Part shown: positions 25,644 to 39,900 of the stretch, in pieces
Layout: each line of letters starts with the position of its first letter
Position numbering within the stretch: the first letter of the stretch is position 1
Source: the human T2T-CHM13v2.0 reference genome, Homo sapiens
Assembly: GCF_009914755.1 (NCBI RefSeq)
Contig: NC_060944.1
DNA: 64,000 bases
Reading direction: 5' to 3' (one strand)
The notes under the pieces: model-generated
The model's input: the letters and a program-made list of their open reading frames with translations, nothing else
The model's database searches: none
Told to the model about the DNA's origin: nothing
Program-made: the position numbers and the translations under genes

Positions 25644-28600
25644 ATATCTTCCCATAAAAACTAGAAAGAAGCATTCTCAGAAACTTCTTTGTGATGCTTG
25701 CATTCAACTTACAGAGTTGAACATTCCCTTTCATACAGCAGTTTGGAAACACTCTTTTTGTAGTATCTGGAAGTGGACCTTTGGAGTGATTTGAGGCCCA
25801 CGGTGAAAAAGGAAATATCCTCACCTAAGAACTAGACAGAAGCATTCTCAGAAACTTCTTTGTGATGTGTGTAGTCAATTTACAGAGTTGAACCTTTCTT
25901 TTGATACAGCAGTTTTGAAACACTCTTTTTGTAGAATCTGCAAGTGGTTGTTTTGATAGCTTTGAGGCTTTGATTGGAAAGGGGAATATATTCACATAAA
26001 AACTAGACAGAAGCATTCTCAGAAACTTCTTTATGAAGTTTGCATTCAACTCACAGAGTTGAACTTTCCGTTCCATTCAGCAGTTTTGAAACCCTCTTTT
26101 TCTAGAATCTGTAAGTGGAAACTTGGAGCGCTTCGAAGTCTATGGTGAAAAAGGGAATATCTTCCCATAAAAAGTAGACAGAAGAATTCTCAGTAACTAC
26201 TTTGTGATGTGTGTACTCAACGCACAGAGTTGAACTTTTCTTTTGAAAGAGAAGTTTTGAAACACCCTTTTTGTAGCATCTGCAAATGGGTATGTAGCCT
26301 GCTTTGAGGCCTTCATTGGAAACGGGAATATCTTCACATAAAACTAGACAGAAGCATTCTCAGAAACTTCGTTGTGATGTGTGCATTCAACTCCCAGAGT
26401 TGAACCTCACTTTTGATAGAGCAGTTCTGAAACAATCTTTTTGTGTTATCTGGAAGTGGACGTTTGGAGCGATTCGAGGCCTATGGTGAAAAAGGCAATA
26501 TCTTCACCTAAAAACTAGACAGAAGCATTCTCAAAAACTGCTTTGTGATATGTGTAGTCAACTCACTTAGTTGAAACTTGGTTTTGATGCAGCAGTTTTG
26601 AAACACTCTTTTTGTTAGAATCTTCAAGTGGATATTTGGTTAGCTTTGAGGCTTTCATTGGAAACGGGAATATCTACACATAAGAACTAGACAGAAGCAT
26701 TCTCAGAAAGTTCTTTATGAAGTTCGCATTCAACTCACAGAGTTGTACCTTCCTTTTCACACAGCAGTTTTGAGACATTCTTTTTGTAGAATCTGACAGT
26801 GGACATTTGGAGTGATTTGAGACATAGGGTGAAAAAGGAATATCTTCCCATAAAAAGTAGACAGAAGCATTCTCAGAAACGACTTTCTGATTTGTGCACT
26901 CAACTCACAGAGTTAACCCTTTCCTTTGATACAGCAGTTTGGAAGCATTCTTCTTGTAGTATTTACAAGCAGATATAAGGTCAGCAGTGAGGATTTCATC
27001 GGAAATGGAATATCTTCACATAAAAGTAGACAGAAGCATTCTCAGAAATTTCTTTGTAATGTGTGCATTCAACTCACAGAGTTGAAGCATTCTTTTGATA
27101 GAGCAGATTGGAAGCCCTCTTTTTGAAGAATTTGCAAGTGGATATCTGGACAGCTTTGAGGCCTTCCCTGGAAACGAGTGTATCTTCACATAAACACTAG
27201 ACAGAAGCATCCTCAGAAACTTGTTGGTGATGCTTGCATTCAACTCACGGAATTGAACATGGCTTTTCCTAGAGCAGTTTTGAAACACTCTTTTTGTAGT
27301 ATCTGGAAGTGGACATTTGGAGCACTTTGAGGCCTAGGGTGAAAAAGGAAATAGCTTCACATAAAAACTAGACAGAAGCATTCTCTGAAACTTCTTTGTG
27401 ATGTGTGTACTCAACTCACAGAGTTGAAATTTTCTTCTCATAGATCAGATTTGAAACCGTCTTTTTGTAGAATCTGCAGGTGCATAATTGGATAGCTTTG
27501 AGGATTTCATTGGAAACGGGAATATCTTCCCATAAAAACTAGAAAGAAGCATTCTCAGAAACTTCTTTGTGATGCTTGCATTCAACTCACAGAGTTGAAC
27601 ATTCCCTTTCATACAGCAGTTTGGAAATACTCTTTTTCTAGAATCTGGAAGTGGACCTTTGGAGCGCTTTGAGGCCTAGGGTGAAAAAGGAAATATCCTC
27701 ACCTAAGAACTAGAGAGAAGCATGCTCAGAAACTTCTTTGTGATGTGTGTAGTCAACTCACAGAGTTGAACCTTTCTTTTGATACAGCAGTTTTGAAACA
27801 CTCTTTTTGTAGAATCTGCAAGTGGTTATTTTGATAGAATTGAGGCTTTGGTTGGAAACGGGAATATCTTCACATAAAAACTAGACAGAAGCATTCTCAG
27901 AAACTTCTTTATGAAGTTTGCATTCAACTCACAGAGCTGAACTTTCCGTTCCATACAGCAGTTTTGAAACTCTCTTTTTCTAGAATCTGTAAGTGGAAAC
28001 TTGGAGCGCTTTGAGGCCTATGGTGAAAAAAGGAATATCTTCCCATAAAAAGTAGACAGAAGAATTCTCAGTAACTACTTTGTGATGTGTGTACTCAACT
28101 CACAGAGTTGAACTTTTGTTTTGAAAGGGAAGATTTGAAACACTCTTTTTGTAGAATCTGCAAATGGGTATGTAGCCTGCTTTGAGGCCTTCATTGGAAA
28201 CGGGAATATCTTCACATAAAACTAGAGAGAAGCATTCTCAGAAACTTCGTTGTGGTGTGTGCATTCAACTCCCAGAGTTGAACCTCTCTTTTGATAGAGC
28301 AGTTCTGAAACAATCTTTTTGTGGTATCTGGAAGTGGACGTTTGGAGCGATTCGAGGCCAATGGTGAAAAAGGCAGTATCTTCACCTAAAAACTAGACAG
28401 AAGCATTCTCAGAAACTGCTTTGTGATATGTGTAGTCAACTCGCGGAGTTGAAACTTTGTTTTGATGCAGCAGTTTTGAAACACTCTTTTTGTTAGAATC
28501 TTCAAGTGGATATTTGGTTAGCTTTGAGGCTTTCATTGGAAACGGGAATATCTACACATAAGAACTAGACAGAAGCATTCTCAGAAAGTAATTTATGAAG

Positions 28601-31600
28601 TTTGCATTCAACTCACAGAGTTGTACGTTCCTTTTCACACAGCATTTTTGAGACATTCTTTTTGTAGAATCTGCAAGTGGACATTTGGAGTTATTTGAGA
28701 CATAGGGTGAAAAAGGAATATCTTCCCATAAAAAGTAGACAGAAGCATTCTCAGAAACGACTTTCTGATTTGTGTACTCAACTCATAGAGATAAACCTTT
28801 CCTTTGATAAAGCAGTTTGGAAACACTCTTCTTGTAGAATTTACAAGCGGATATAAGGACAGCAGTGAGGATTTCATCGGAAACGGAATATCTTCACATA
28901 AGAGTAGACAGAAGCATTCTCAGAAATTTCTTTGTAATGTGTGTATTCAACTCACAGAGTTGAAACTTTCTTTTGATAGAGCAGATTGGAAGCCCTCTTT
29001 TTGAAGAATTTGCAAGTGGATATCTGGACAGCTTTGAGGCCTTCCGTGGAAACGAGTGTATCTTCACATAAACACTAGACAGAAGCATCCTCAGAAACAT
29101 GTTTGTGATGCTTGCATTCAACTCACGGAATTGAACATTTCTTTTCCTAGAGCAGTTTTGAAACACTCTTTTTGTAGTATCTGGAAGTGGACATTTGGAG
29201 CACTTTGAGGCCTAGGGTGTAAAAGAAATAGCTTCACATAAAAACTAGACAGAATCATTCTCTGAAACTTCTTTGTGATGTGTGTACTCAACTCACAGAG
29301 TTGAAATTTTCTTCTCATAGATCAGATTTGAAACCCTCTTTTTGTAGAGTCTGCAGGTGCATAATTGGATAGCTTTGAGGATTTCATTGGAAACGGGAAT
29401 ATCTTCCCATAAAAACTAGAAAGAAGCATTCCCAGAAACTTCTTTGTGATGCTTGCATTCAACTCACAGAGTTGAACATTCCCTTTCATACAGCAGTTTG
29501 GAAATACTCTTTTTCTAGAATCTGGAAGTGGACCTTTGGAGCGCTTTGAGGCCTAGGGTGAAAAAGGAAATATCCTCACCTAAGAACTAGAGAGAAGCAT
29601 GCTCAGAAACTTCTTTGTGATGTGTGTAGTCAACTCACAGAGTTGAACCTTTCTTTTGATACAGCAGTTTTGAAACACACTTTTTGTAGAATCTGCAAGT
29701 GGTTATTTTGAGAGCTTTGAGGCTTTGATTGGAAACGGGAATATCTTCACATAAAAACGAGACAGAAGCATTCTCAGAAACTTCCTTATGAAGTTTGCAT
29801 TCAACTCACAGAGTTGAACTTTCCGTTCCATACAGCAGTTTTGAAACTCTCTTTTTCTAGAATCTGTAAGTGGAAACTTGGAGCGCGTTGAGGCCTATGG
29901 TGAAAAAAGGAATATCTTCCCATAAAAAGTAGACAGAAGAATTCTCAGTAACTACTTTGTGATGTGTGTACTCAACTCACAGAGTTGAACTTTTCTTTTG
30001 AAAGAGAAGTTTTGAAACACTCTTTTTGTAGAATCTGCAAATGGGTATGTAGCCTGCTTTGAGGCCTTCATTGGAAACGGGAATATCTTCACATAAAACT
30101 AGACAGAAGCATTCTCAGAAACGTCGTTGTGGTGTGTGCATTCAACTCCCAGAGTTGAACCTCTCCTTTGATAGAGCAGTTCTGAAACAATCTTTTTGTG
30201 GTATCTGGAAGTGGACGTTTGGAGCGATTCGAGGCCAATGGTGAAAAAGGCAATATCTTCACCTAAAAACTAGACAGAAGCATTCTCAGAAACTGCTTTG
30301 TGATATGTGTAGTCAACTCGCGGAGTTGAAACTTTGTTTTGATGCAGCAGTTTTGAAACACTCTTTTTGTTAGAATCTTCAAGTGGATATTTGGAGAGCT
30401 TTGAGGCTTTCATTGGAAACGGGAATATCTACACATAAGAACTAGACAGAAGCATTCTCAGAAAGTAACTTATGAAGTTTGCATTCAACTCACCGAGTTG
30501 TACCTTCCTTTTCACACAGCAGTTTTGAGACATTCCTTTTGTAGAATCTGCAAGTGGACATTTGGAGTGATTTGAGACATAGGGTGAAAAAGGAATATCT
30601 TCCAATAAAAGGTAGACAGAAGCATTCTCAGAAACGACTTTCCGATTTGTGTATTCAACTCACATAGTTAAACCTTTCCTTTGATACAGCAGTTCGGAAA
30701 CACTCTTCTTGTAGAATTTACAAGCGGATATAAGGACAGCAGTGAGGATTTCATCGGAAACGGAATATCTTCACATAAAGGTAGACAGAAGCATTCTCAG
30801 AAAGTTCTTTGTAATGTGTGCATTCAACTCACAGAGTTGAAACTTTCTTTGATAGAGCAGATTGGAAGCCCTCTTTTTGAAGAATTTGCAAGTGGATATC
30901 TGGACAGCTTTGAGGCCTTCCCTGGAAACGAGTGTATCTTCACATAAACACTAGACAGAAGCATCCTCAGAAACTTGTTGGTGATGCTTGCATTCAACTC
31001 AGAGAATTGAACATTTCTTTTCCTAGAGCAGTTTTGAAACACTCTTTTTGTAGTATCTGGAAGTGGACATTTGGAGCAGTTTGAGGCCTAGGGTTAAAAA
31101 GGAAATAGCTTCACATAAAAACTAGACAGAAGCATTCTCTGAAGCTTCTTTGTGATGTGTGTACTCAACTCACAGAGTTGAACTTTTCTTCTCATAGATC
31201 AGATTTGAAACCCTCTTTTTGTAGAGTCTGCAAGTGCATAATTGGATAGCATTTGAGGATTTCATTGGAAACGGGAATATCTTCCCATAAAAACTAGAAA
31301 GAAGCATTCTCAGAAACTTCTTTGTGATGCTTGCATTCAACTCAAAGAGTTGAACATTCCCTTTCATACAGCAGTTTGGAAACACTCTTTTTCTAGAATC
31401 TGGAAGTGGACCTTTGGAGTGCTTTGAGGCCTAGGGTGAAAAAGGAAATATCCTCACCTAAGAACTAGACAGAAGCATTCTCAGAAACTTCTTTGTGATG
31501 TGTGTAGTCAACTCACGGAGTAGAACCTTTCTTTTGATACAGCAGTTTTGAAACACTCTTTTTGAAGAATCTGCAAGTGGTTATTTTGATAGCTTTGAGG

Positions 31601-34600
31601 CTTTGATTGGAAACGGGAATATCTTCACATAAAAACTAGACAGAAGCATTCTCGGAAACTTCTTTATGAAGTTTGCATTCAACTCACAGAGTTGAACTTT
31701 CTGTTCCATACAGCAGTTTTGAAACTCTCTTTTTCTAGAATCTGTAAGTGGAAACTTGGAGCGCTTCGAGGCCTATGGTGAAAAAGGGAATATCTTCCCA
31801 TAAAAAGTAGACAGAAGAATGCTCAGTAACTACTTTGTGATGTGTGTACTCAACTCACAGAGTTGAACTTTTCTTTTGAAAGACAAGTTTTGAAACACTC
31901 TTTTTGTAGCATCTGCAAATGGGTATGTAGCCTGCTTTGAGGCCTTCATTGGAAACGGCAATATCTTCACATAAAACTAGACAGAAGCATTCTCAGAAAC
32001 TTCGTTGTGATGTGTGCATTCAACTCCCAGAGTTGAACCTCTGTTTTGATAGAGCAGTTCTGAAACATTCTTTTTGTGGTATCTGGAAGTGGACGTTTGG
32101 AGCGATTCGAGGCCTATGGTGAAAAACGCAATATCTTCACCTAAAAACTAGACAGAAGCATTCTCAGAAACTACTTTGTGATATGTGTAGTCAACTCACG
32201 GAGTTGAAACTTTGTTTTGATGCAGCAGTTTTGAAACACTCTTTTTGTTAGAATCTTCAAGTGGATATTTGGATAGCTTTGAGGCTTTCATTGGAAACGG
32301 GAATATCTACACATAAGAACTAGACAGAAGCATTCTCAGAAAGTTCTTTATGAAGTTCGCATTCAACTCACAGAGTTGTACCTTCCTTTTCACACAGCAG
32401 TTTTGAGACATTCTTTTTGTAGAATCTGCAAGTGGACATTTGGAGTGATTTGAGACATAGGGTGAAAAAGGAATATCTTCCCATAAAAAGTAGACAGAAG
32501 CATTCTCAGAAACGACTTTCTGATTTGTGTACTCAACTCACAGAGTTAACCCTTTCCTTTGATACAGCAGTTTGGAAACACTCTTCTTGTAGAATTTGCA
32601 AGCGGATATAAGGACAGCAGTGAGGATTTCATCGGAAACGGAATATCTTCACATAAAAGTAGACAGAAGCATTCTCAGAAAGTTCTTTGTAATGTGTGCA
32701 TTCAACTCACAGAGTTGAAACTTTCTTTTGATAGAGCAGATTGGAAGCCCTCTTTTTGAAGAATTTGCAAGTGGATATCTGGACAGCTTTGAGGCCTTCC
32801 CGGGAAACGAGTGTATCTTCACATAAACACTAGACAGAAGCAACCTCAGAAACTTGTTGGTGATGCTTGCATTCAACTCACAGAATTGAACGTTTCTTTT
32901 CCTAGAGTTTTTTTGAAACACTCTTTTTGTAGTATCTGGAAGTGGACATTTGGAGCACTTTGAGGCCTAGGGTGAAAAAGGAATTATCTTCACATAAAAA
33001 CTAGACAGAAGCATTCTCTGAAACTTCTTTGTGATGTGTGTACTCAACTCACAGAGTTGAACTTTTCTTCTTATAGATCAGATTTGAAACCCACTTTTTG
33101 TAGAGTCTGCAAGTGCATATTTGGATAGCTTTGAGGATTTCATTGGAAACTGGAATATCTTCCCATAAAAACTAGAAAGAAGCATTCTCAGAAACTTCTT
33201 TGTGATGCTTGCATTCAACACACAGAGTTGAACATTCCCTTTCATACAGCAGTTTTGAAACACTCTTTTTGTAGTATCTGGAAGTGGACCTTTGGAGCGC
33301 TTTGAGGCCTAGGGTGAAAAAGGAAATACCCTCACCTAAAAAGTAGACAGAAGCATTCTCAGAAACTTCTTTGTGATGTGTGTAGTCAACTCACAGAGTT
33401 GAACCTTTCTTTTGATACAGCAGTTTTGAAACACTCTTTTTGTAGAATCTGCAAGTGGTTATTTTGATAGCTTTGAGGCTTTGATTGGAAACGGGAATAT
33501 CTTCACATAAAAACTAGACAGAAGCATTCTCGGAAACTTCTTTATGAAGTTTGCATTCAACTCACAGAGTTGAAATTTCCGTTCCATACAGCAGTTTTGA
33601 AACTCTCTTTTTCTAGAATCTGTAAGTGGAAACTTGGAGCGCTTCGAGGCCTATGGTGAAAAAGGGAATATCTTCCCATAAAAAGTAGACAGAAGAATGC
33701 TCAGTAACTACTTTGTGATGTGTGTACTCAACTCACAGAGTTGAACTTTTCTTTTGAAAGAGAAGTTTTGAAACACTCTTTTTGTAGAATCTGCAAATGG
33801 GTATTTAGCCTGCTTTGAGGCCTTCATTGGAAACGGGAATATCTTCACATAAAACTAGACAGAAGCATCCTCAGAAACTTCGTTGTGATGTGTGCATTCA
33901 ACTCCCAGAGCTGAACCTTTCTTTTGATAGAGCAGTTCGGAAACAATCTTTTTGTGGTAACTGGAAGTGGACGTTTGGAGCGATTCGAAGCCTATGGTGA
34001 AAAACGCAATATCTTCACCTAAAAACTAGACAGAAGCATTCTCAGAAACTGCTTTGTGATATGTGTAGTCAACTCACGGAGTTGAAACCTGGTTTTGATG
34101 CAGCAGTTTTGAAACACTCTTTTTGTTAGAATCTTCAAGTGGATATTTGAATAGCTTTGAGGCTTTCATTGGAAACGGGAATATCTACACATAAGAACTA
34201 GACAGAAGCATTCTCAGAAAGTTCTTTATGAAGTTCGCATTCAACTCACAGAGTTGTACCTTCCTTTTCACACAGCAGTTTTGAGACATTCTTTTTGTAG
34301 AATCTGCAAGTGGACATTTGGAGTGATTTGAGACATAGGGTGAAAAAGGAATATCTTCCCATAAAAAGTCGACAGAAGCATTCTCAGAAACGACTTTCTG
34401 ATTTGTGTACTCAACACAGAGAGTTAAACCTTTCCTTTGATACAGCAGTTCGGAAACACTCTTCTTGTAGAATTTACAAGCGGATATAAGGACAGCAGTG
34501 AGGATTTCATCGGAAACGGAATATCTTCACATAAATGTAGACAGAAGCATTCTCATAAGGTTCCTTGTAATGTGTGTATTCAACTCACAGAGTTGAAACT

Positions 34601-36892
34601 TTCTTTTGATACAGCAGATTGGAAGCCCTCTTTTTGTAGAATTTGCAAGTGGATATCTGGACAGATTTGAGGCCTTCCCTGGAAACGAGTGTATCTTCAC
34701 ATAAACACTAGACGGAAGCATCCTCAGAAACTTGTTGGTGATGCTTGCATTCAACTCACAGAATTGAACGTTTGTTTTCCTAGAGCAGTTTTGAAACACT
34801 CTTTTTGTAGTAACTGGAAGTGGACATTTGGAGCACTTTGAGGCCTAGGGTGAAAAAGAAATTATCTTCACATAAAAACTAGACAGAAGCATTCTCTGAA
34901 ACTTCTTTGTGATGTGTGTACTCAACTCACAGAGTTGAACTTTTCTTCTCATAGATCAGATTTGAAACCCTCTTTTTGTAGAGTCTGCAAGTGCATATTT
35001 GGATAGCTTTGAGGATTTCATTGGAAACGGGAATATCTTCCCATAAAAACTAGAAAGAAGCATTCTCAGAAACTTCTTTTTGATGCTTGCATTCAACACA
35101 CAGAGTTGAACATTCCCTTTCATACAGCAGTTTTGAAACACTCTTTTTGTAGTACCTGGAAGTGGACATTTGGAGCGCTTTGAGGCCTAGGGTGAAAAAG
35201 GAAATACCCTCACCTAAAAAGTAGACAGAAGCATTCTCAGAAACTTCTTTGTGATGTGTGTAGTCAACTCACAGAGTTGAACCTTTCTGTTGATACAGCA
35301 GTTTTGAAACACTCTTTTTGTAGTATCTGCAAGTGGTTATTTTGATAGCTTTGAGGCTTTGATTGGAAACGGGAATATCTTCACATAAAAACTAGACAGA
35401 AGCATTCTCAGAAACTTCTTTATGAAGTTTGCATTCAACTCACAGAGTTGAACTTTCCGTTCCATACAGCAGTTTTGAAACTCTCTTTTTCTAGAATCTG
35501 TAATGGAAACTAGGAGCGCTTCGAGTCCTATGGTGAAAAAGGGAATATCTTCCCATAAAAAGTAGACAGAAGAATGCTGAGTAACTACTTTGTGATGTGT
35601 GTACTCAACTCACAGAGTTGAACTTTTCTTTTGAAAGAGAAGTTTTGAAACACTCTTTTTGCAGAATCTGCAAATGGGTATGTAGCCTGCTTTGAGGCCT
35701 TCATTGGAAACGGGAATATCTTCAAATAAAACTAGACAGAAGCATTCTCAGAAACTTCGTTGTGATGTGTGCATTCAATTCCCAGAGTTGAACCTCTCTT
35801 TTGATAGAGCAGTTCTGAAACAATCTTTTTGAGGTATCTGGAAGTGGACGTTTGGAGCGATTCGAGGCCTATGGTGAAAAAGGCAATATCTTCACCTAAA
35901 AACTAGACAGAAGCATTCTCAGAAACTACTTTGTGATATGTGTAGTCAACTCACGGAGTTGAAACTTGGTTTTGATGCAGGAGTTTTGAAACACTCTTTT
36001 TGTTAGAATCTTCAAGTGGATATTTGGATAGCTTTGAGGCTTTCATTGGAAACGGGAATATCTACACATAAGAACTAGACAGAAGCATTCTCAGAAAGTT
36101 CTTTATGAAGTTCGCATTCAAGTCACAGAGTTGTACCTTCCTTTTCACACAGCAGTTTTGAGACATTCTTTTTGTAGAATCTGCAAGTGGACATTTGGAG
36201 TGATTTGAGACATAGGGTGAAAAAGGTATATCTTCCCATAAAAAGTAGACAGAATCATTCTCAGAAACGACTTTCTGATTTGTGTACTCAACTCACAGAG
36301 TTAACCCTTTCCTTTGATACAGCAGTTTGGAAACACTCTTCTTGTAGAATTTGCAAGCGGATATAAGGACAGCAGTGAGGATTTCATCGGAAACGGAATA
36401 TCTTCACATAAAAGTAGACAGAAGCATTCTCAGAAAGTTCTTTGTAATGTGTGCATTCAACTCACAGAGTTGGAACTTTCTTTTGATAGAGCAGATTGGA
36501 AGCCCTCTTTTTGTAGAATTTGCAAGTGGATATCTGGACAGCTTTGAGGCCTTCCCTGGAAACGAGTGTATCTTCACATAAACACTAGACAGAAGCATCC
36601 TCAGAAACATGTTGGTGATGCTTGCATTCAACTCACAGAATTGAACATTTCTTTTCCTAGAGCAGTTTTGAAACACTCTTTTTGTAGTATCTGGAAGTAG
36701 ACATTTGGAGCACATTGAGGTCTAGGGTGAAAAAGGAAATAGCTTCACATAAAAACTAGACAGAAGCATTCTCTGAAACTTCTTTGTGATGTGTGTACTC
36801 AACTCACAGATTTGAACTTTTCTTCTCATAGATCAGATTTGAAACCCTCTTTTTGTAGAGTCTGCAAGTGCATACTTGGATAGCTTTGAGGA

Positions 36893-36909
36893 TTTCGTTG
36901 GAAACGGGA
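36893..36909 (+). other. Canonical CENP-B box (in m9)
   Basis: TTTCGTTGGAAACGGGA. Confidence 0.95.
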
Positions 36910-39900
36910 ATATCTTCCCATAAAAACTAGAAAGAAGCATTCTCAGAAACTTCTTTGTGATGCTTGCATTCAACTCACAGAGTTGAACATTCCCTTTCAT
37001 ACAGCAGTTTGGAAAAACTCTTTTCGTAGTATCTGGAAGTGGACGTTTGGAGCGCTTTGAGGACTAGGGTGAAAAAGGAAATATCCTCACCTAAGAACTA
37101 GACAGAAGCATTCTCAGAAACTTCTTTGTGATGTGTGTAGTCAACTCACAGAGTTGAACCTTTCTTTTGATACAGCAGTTTTGAAACACTCTTTTTGTAG
37201 AATCTGCAAGTGGTTGTTTTGATAGCTTTGAGGCTTTGATTGGCAACGGGAATATCTTCACATAAAAACTAGACAGAAGCATTCTCAGAAACTTCTTTAT
37301 GAAGTTTGCATTCAACTCACAGAGTTGAACTTTCCGTTCCATACTGCAGTTTTGAAACTCTCTTTTTCTAGAATCTGTAAGTGGAAATTTGGAGCGCTTC
37401 GTGGCCTATGGTGAAAAAGGGAATATCTTCCCATAAATAGTAGACAGAAGAATTCTCAGTAACTACTTTGTGATGTGTGTACTCAACTCACAGAGTTGAA
37501 ATTTTCTTTTGAAAGAGAAGTTTTGAAACACTCTTTTTGTAGCATCTGCAAATGGGTATGTAGCCTGCTTTGAGGCCTTCATTGGAAACGGGAATCTCTT
37601 CACATAAAACTAGACAGAAGCATTCTCAGAAACTTCGTTGTGATGTTTGCATTCAACTCCCAGAGTTGAACCTCTCTTTTGATAGAGCAGTTCTGAAACA
37701 ATCTTTTTGTGGTATCTGGAAGTGGACGTTTGGAGCGATTCGAGGACTATGGTGAAAAAGGCAATATCTTCACCTAAAAACTAGACAGAAGCATTCTCAG
37801 AAACTGCTTTGTGATATGTGTAGTCAACTCACGGAGTTGAAACTTGGTTTTGATGCAGCAGTTTTGAAACACTCTTTTTGTTAGAATCTTCAAGTGGATA
37901 TTTGGATAGCTTTGAGGCTTTCATTGGAAACGGGAATATGTACACATAAGAACTAGACAGAAGCATTCTCAGAAAGTTCTTTATGAAGTTCGCATTCAAC
38001 TCACAGAGTTGTGCCTTCCTTTTCACACAGCAGTTTTGAGACATTCTTTTTGTAGAATCTGCAAGTGGACATTTGGAGTGATTTGAGACATAGGGTGAAA
38101 AAGGAATATCTTCCCATAAAAAGTAGACAGAAGCATTCTCAGAAACGACTTTCTGATTTGGGTGCTCAACTCACAGAGTTAACCCTTTCCTTTGATACAG
38201 CAGTTTGGAAACACTCTTCTTATAGAATTTACAAGCGGATATAAGGACAGCAGTGAGGAATTCATCGGAAACGGAATATCTTCACATAAAAGTAGACAGA
38301 AGCATTCTCAGAAAGTTCTTTGTAATGTGTGCATTCAACTCACAGAGTTGATGCATTCTTTTGATAGAGCAGATTGGAAGCCCTCTTTTTGAAGAATTTG
38401 CAAGTGGATATCTGGACAGCTTTGAGGCCTTCCCTGGAAACGAGTGTATCTTCACATAAACACTAGACAGAAGCATCCTCAGAAACTTGTTGGTGATGCT
38501 TGCATTCAACTCACAGAATTGAACATTTCTTTTCCTAGAGCAGTTTTGAAACACTCTTTTTGTAGTATCTGGAAGTGTACATTTGGAGCACTTTGAGGCC
38601 TAGGGTGAAAAAGGAAATAGCTTCACATAAAAACTAGACAGAAGCATTCTTGAAACTACTTTGTGAAGTGTGTACTCAACTCACAGAGTTGAACTTTTCT
38701 TCTCATAGATCAGATTTGAAACCCTCTTTTTGTAGAGTCTGCAAGTGCATATTTGGATAGCTTTGAGGATTTCATTGGAAACGGGAATATCTTCCCATAA
38801 AAACTAGAAAGAAGCATTCTCAGAAACTTCTTTGTGATGCTTGCATTCAACTCACAGAGTTGAACATTCCCTTTCATACAGCAGTTTGGAAACACTCTTT
38901 TTCTAGAATCTGGAAGTGGACCTTTGGAGCACTTTGAGGCCTAGGGTGAAAAAGGAAATATCCTCACCTAAGAATTAGACAGAAGCATTCTCAGAAACTT
39001 CTTTGTGATGTGTGTAGTCAACTCACAGAGTTGAACCTTTCTTTTGATACAGCAGTTTTGAAACACTCTTTTTGTAGAATCTGCAAGTGGTTATTTTGAT
39101 AGCTTTGAGGCTTTGATTGGAAACGGGAATATCTTCACATAAAAACTAGACAGAAGCATTCTCGGAAACTTCTTTATGAAGTTTGCATTCAACTCACAGA
39201 GTTGAACTTTCCGTTCCATACAGCAGTTTTGAAACTCTCTTTTTCTAGAATCTGTAAGTGGAAACTTGGAGCGCTTCGAGGCCTATGGTGAAAAAGGGAA
39301 TATCTTCCCATAAAAAGTAGACAGAAGAATGCTCAGTAACTACTTTGTGATGTGTGTACTCAACTCACAGAGTTGAACTTTTCTTTTGAAAGACAAGTTT
39401 TGAAACACTCTTTTTGTAGCATCTGCAAATGGATATGTAGCCTGCTTTGAGGCCTTCATTGGAAACGGGAATATCTTCACATAAAACTAGACAGAAGCAT
39501 TCTCAGGAACTTCGTTGTGATGTGTGCATTCAAATCCCAGAGTTGAACCTCCCTTTTGATAGAGCAGTTCTGAAACAATCTTTTTGTGGTATCTGGAAGT
39601 GGACGTTTGGAGCGATTCGAGGCCTATGGTGAAAAAGGCAATATCTTCACCTAAAAACTAGACAGAAGCATTCTCAAAAACTACTTTGTGATATGTGTAG
39701 TCAACTCACGGAGTTGAAACTTTGTTTTGATGCAGCAGTTTTGAAACACTCTTTTTGTTAGAATCTTCAAGTGGATGTTTGGATAGCTTTGAGGCTTTCA
39801 TTGGAAACGGGAATATCTACACATAAGAACTAGACAGAAGCATTCTCAGAAAGTTCTTTATGAAGTTCGCATTCAACTCACAGAGTTGTACCTTCCTTTT

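Noticed and set aside
27847-27863. Near CENP-B boxes such as TTTGGTTGGAAACGGGA (27847) and TTTCATTCGAAACGGGA (~40648), and TTCG in m1/m3
   Set aside because: They lack the TTCG-N4-A-N2-CGGG core in the correct spacing.
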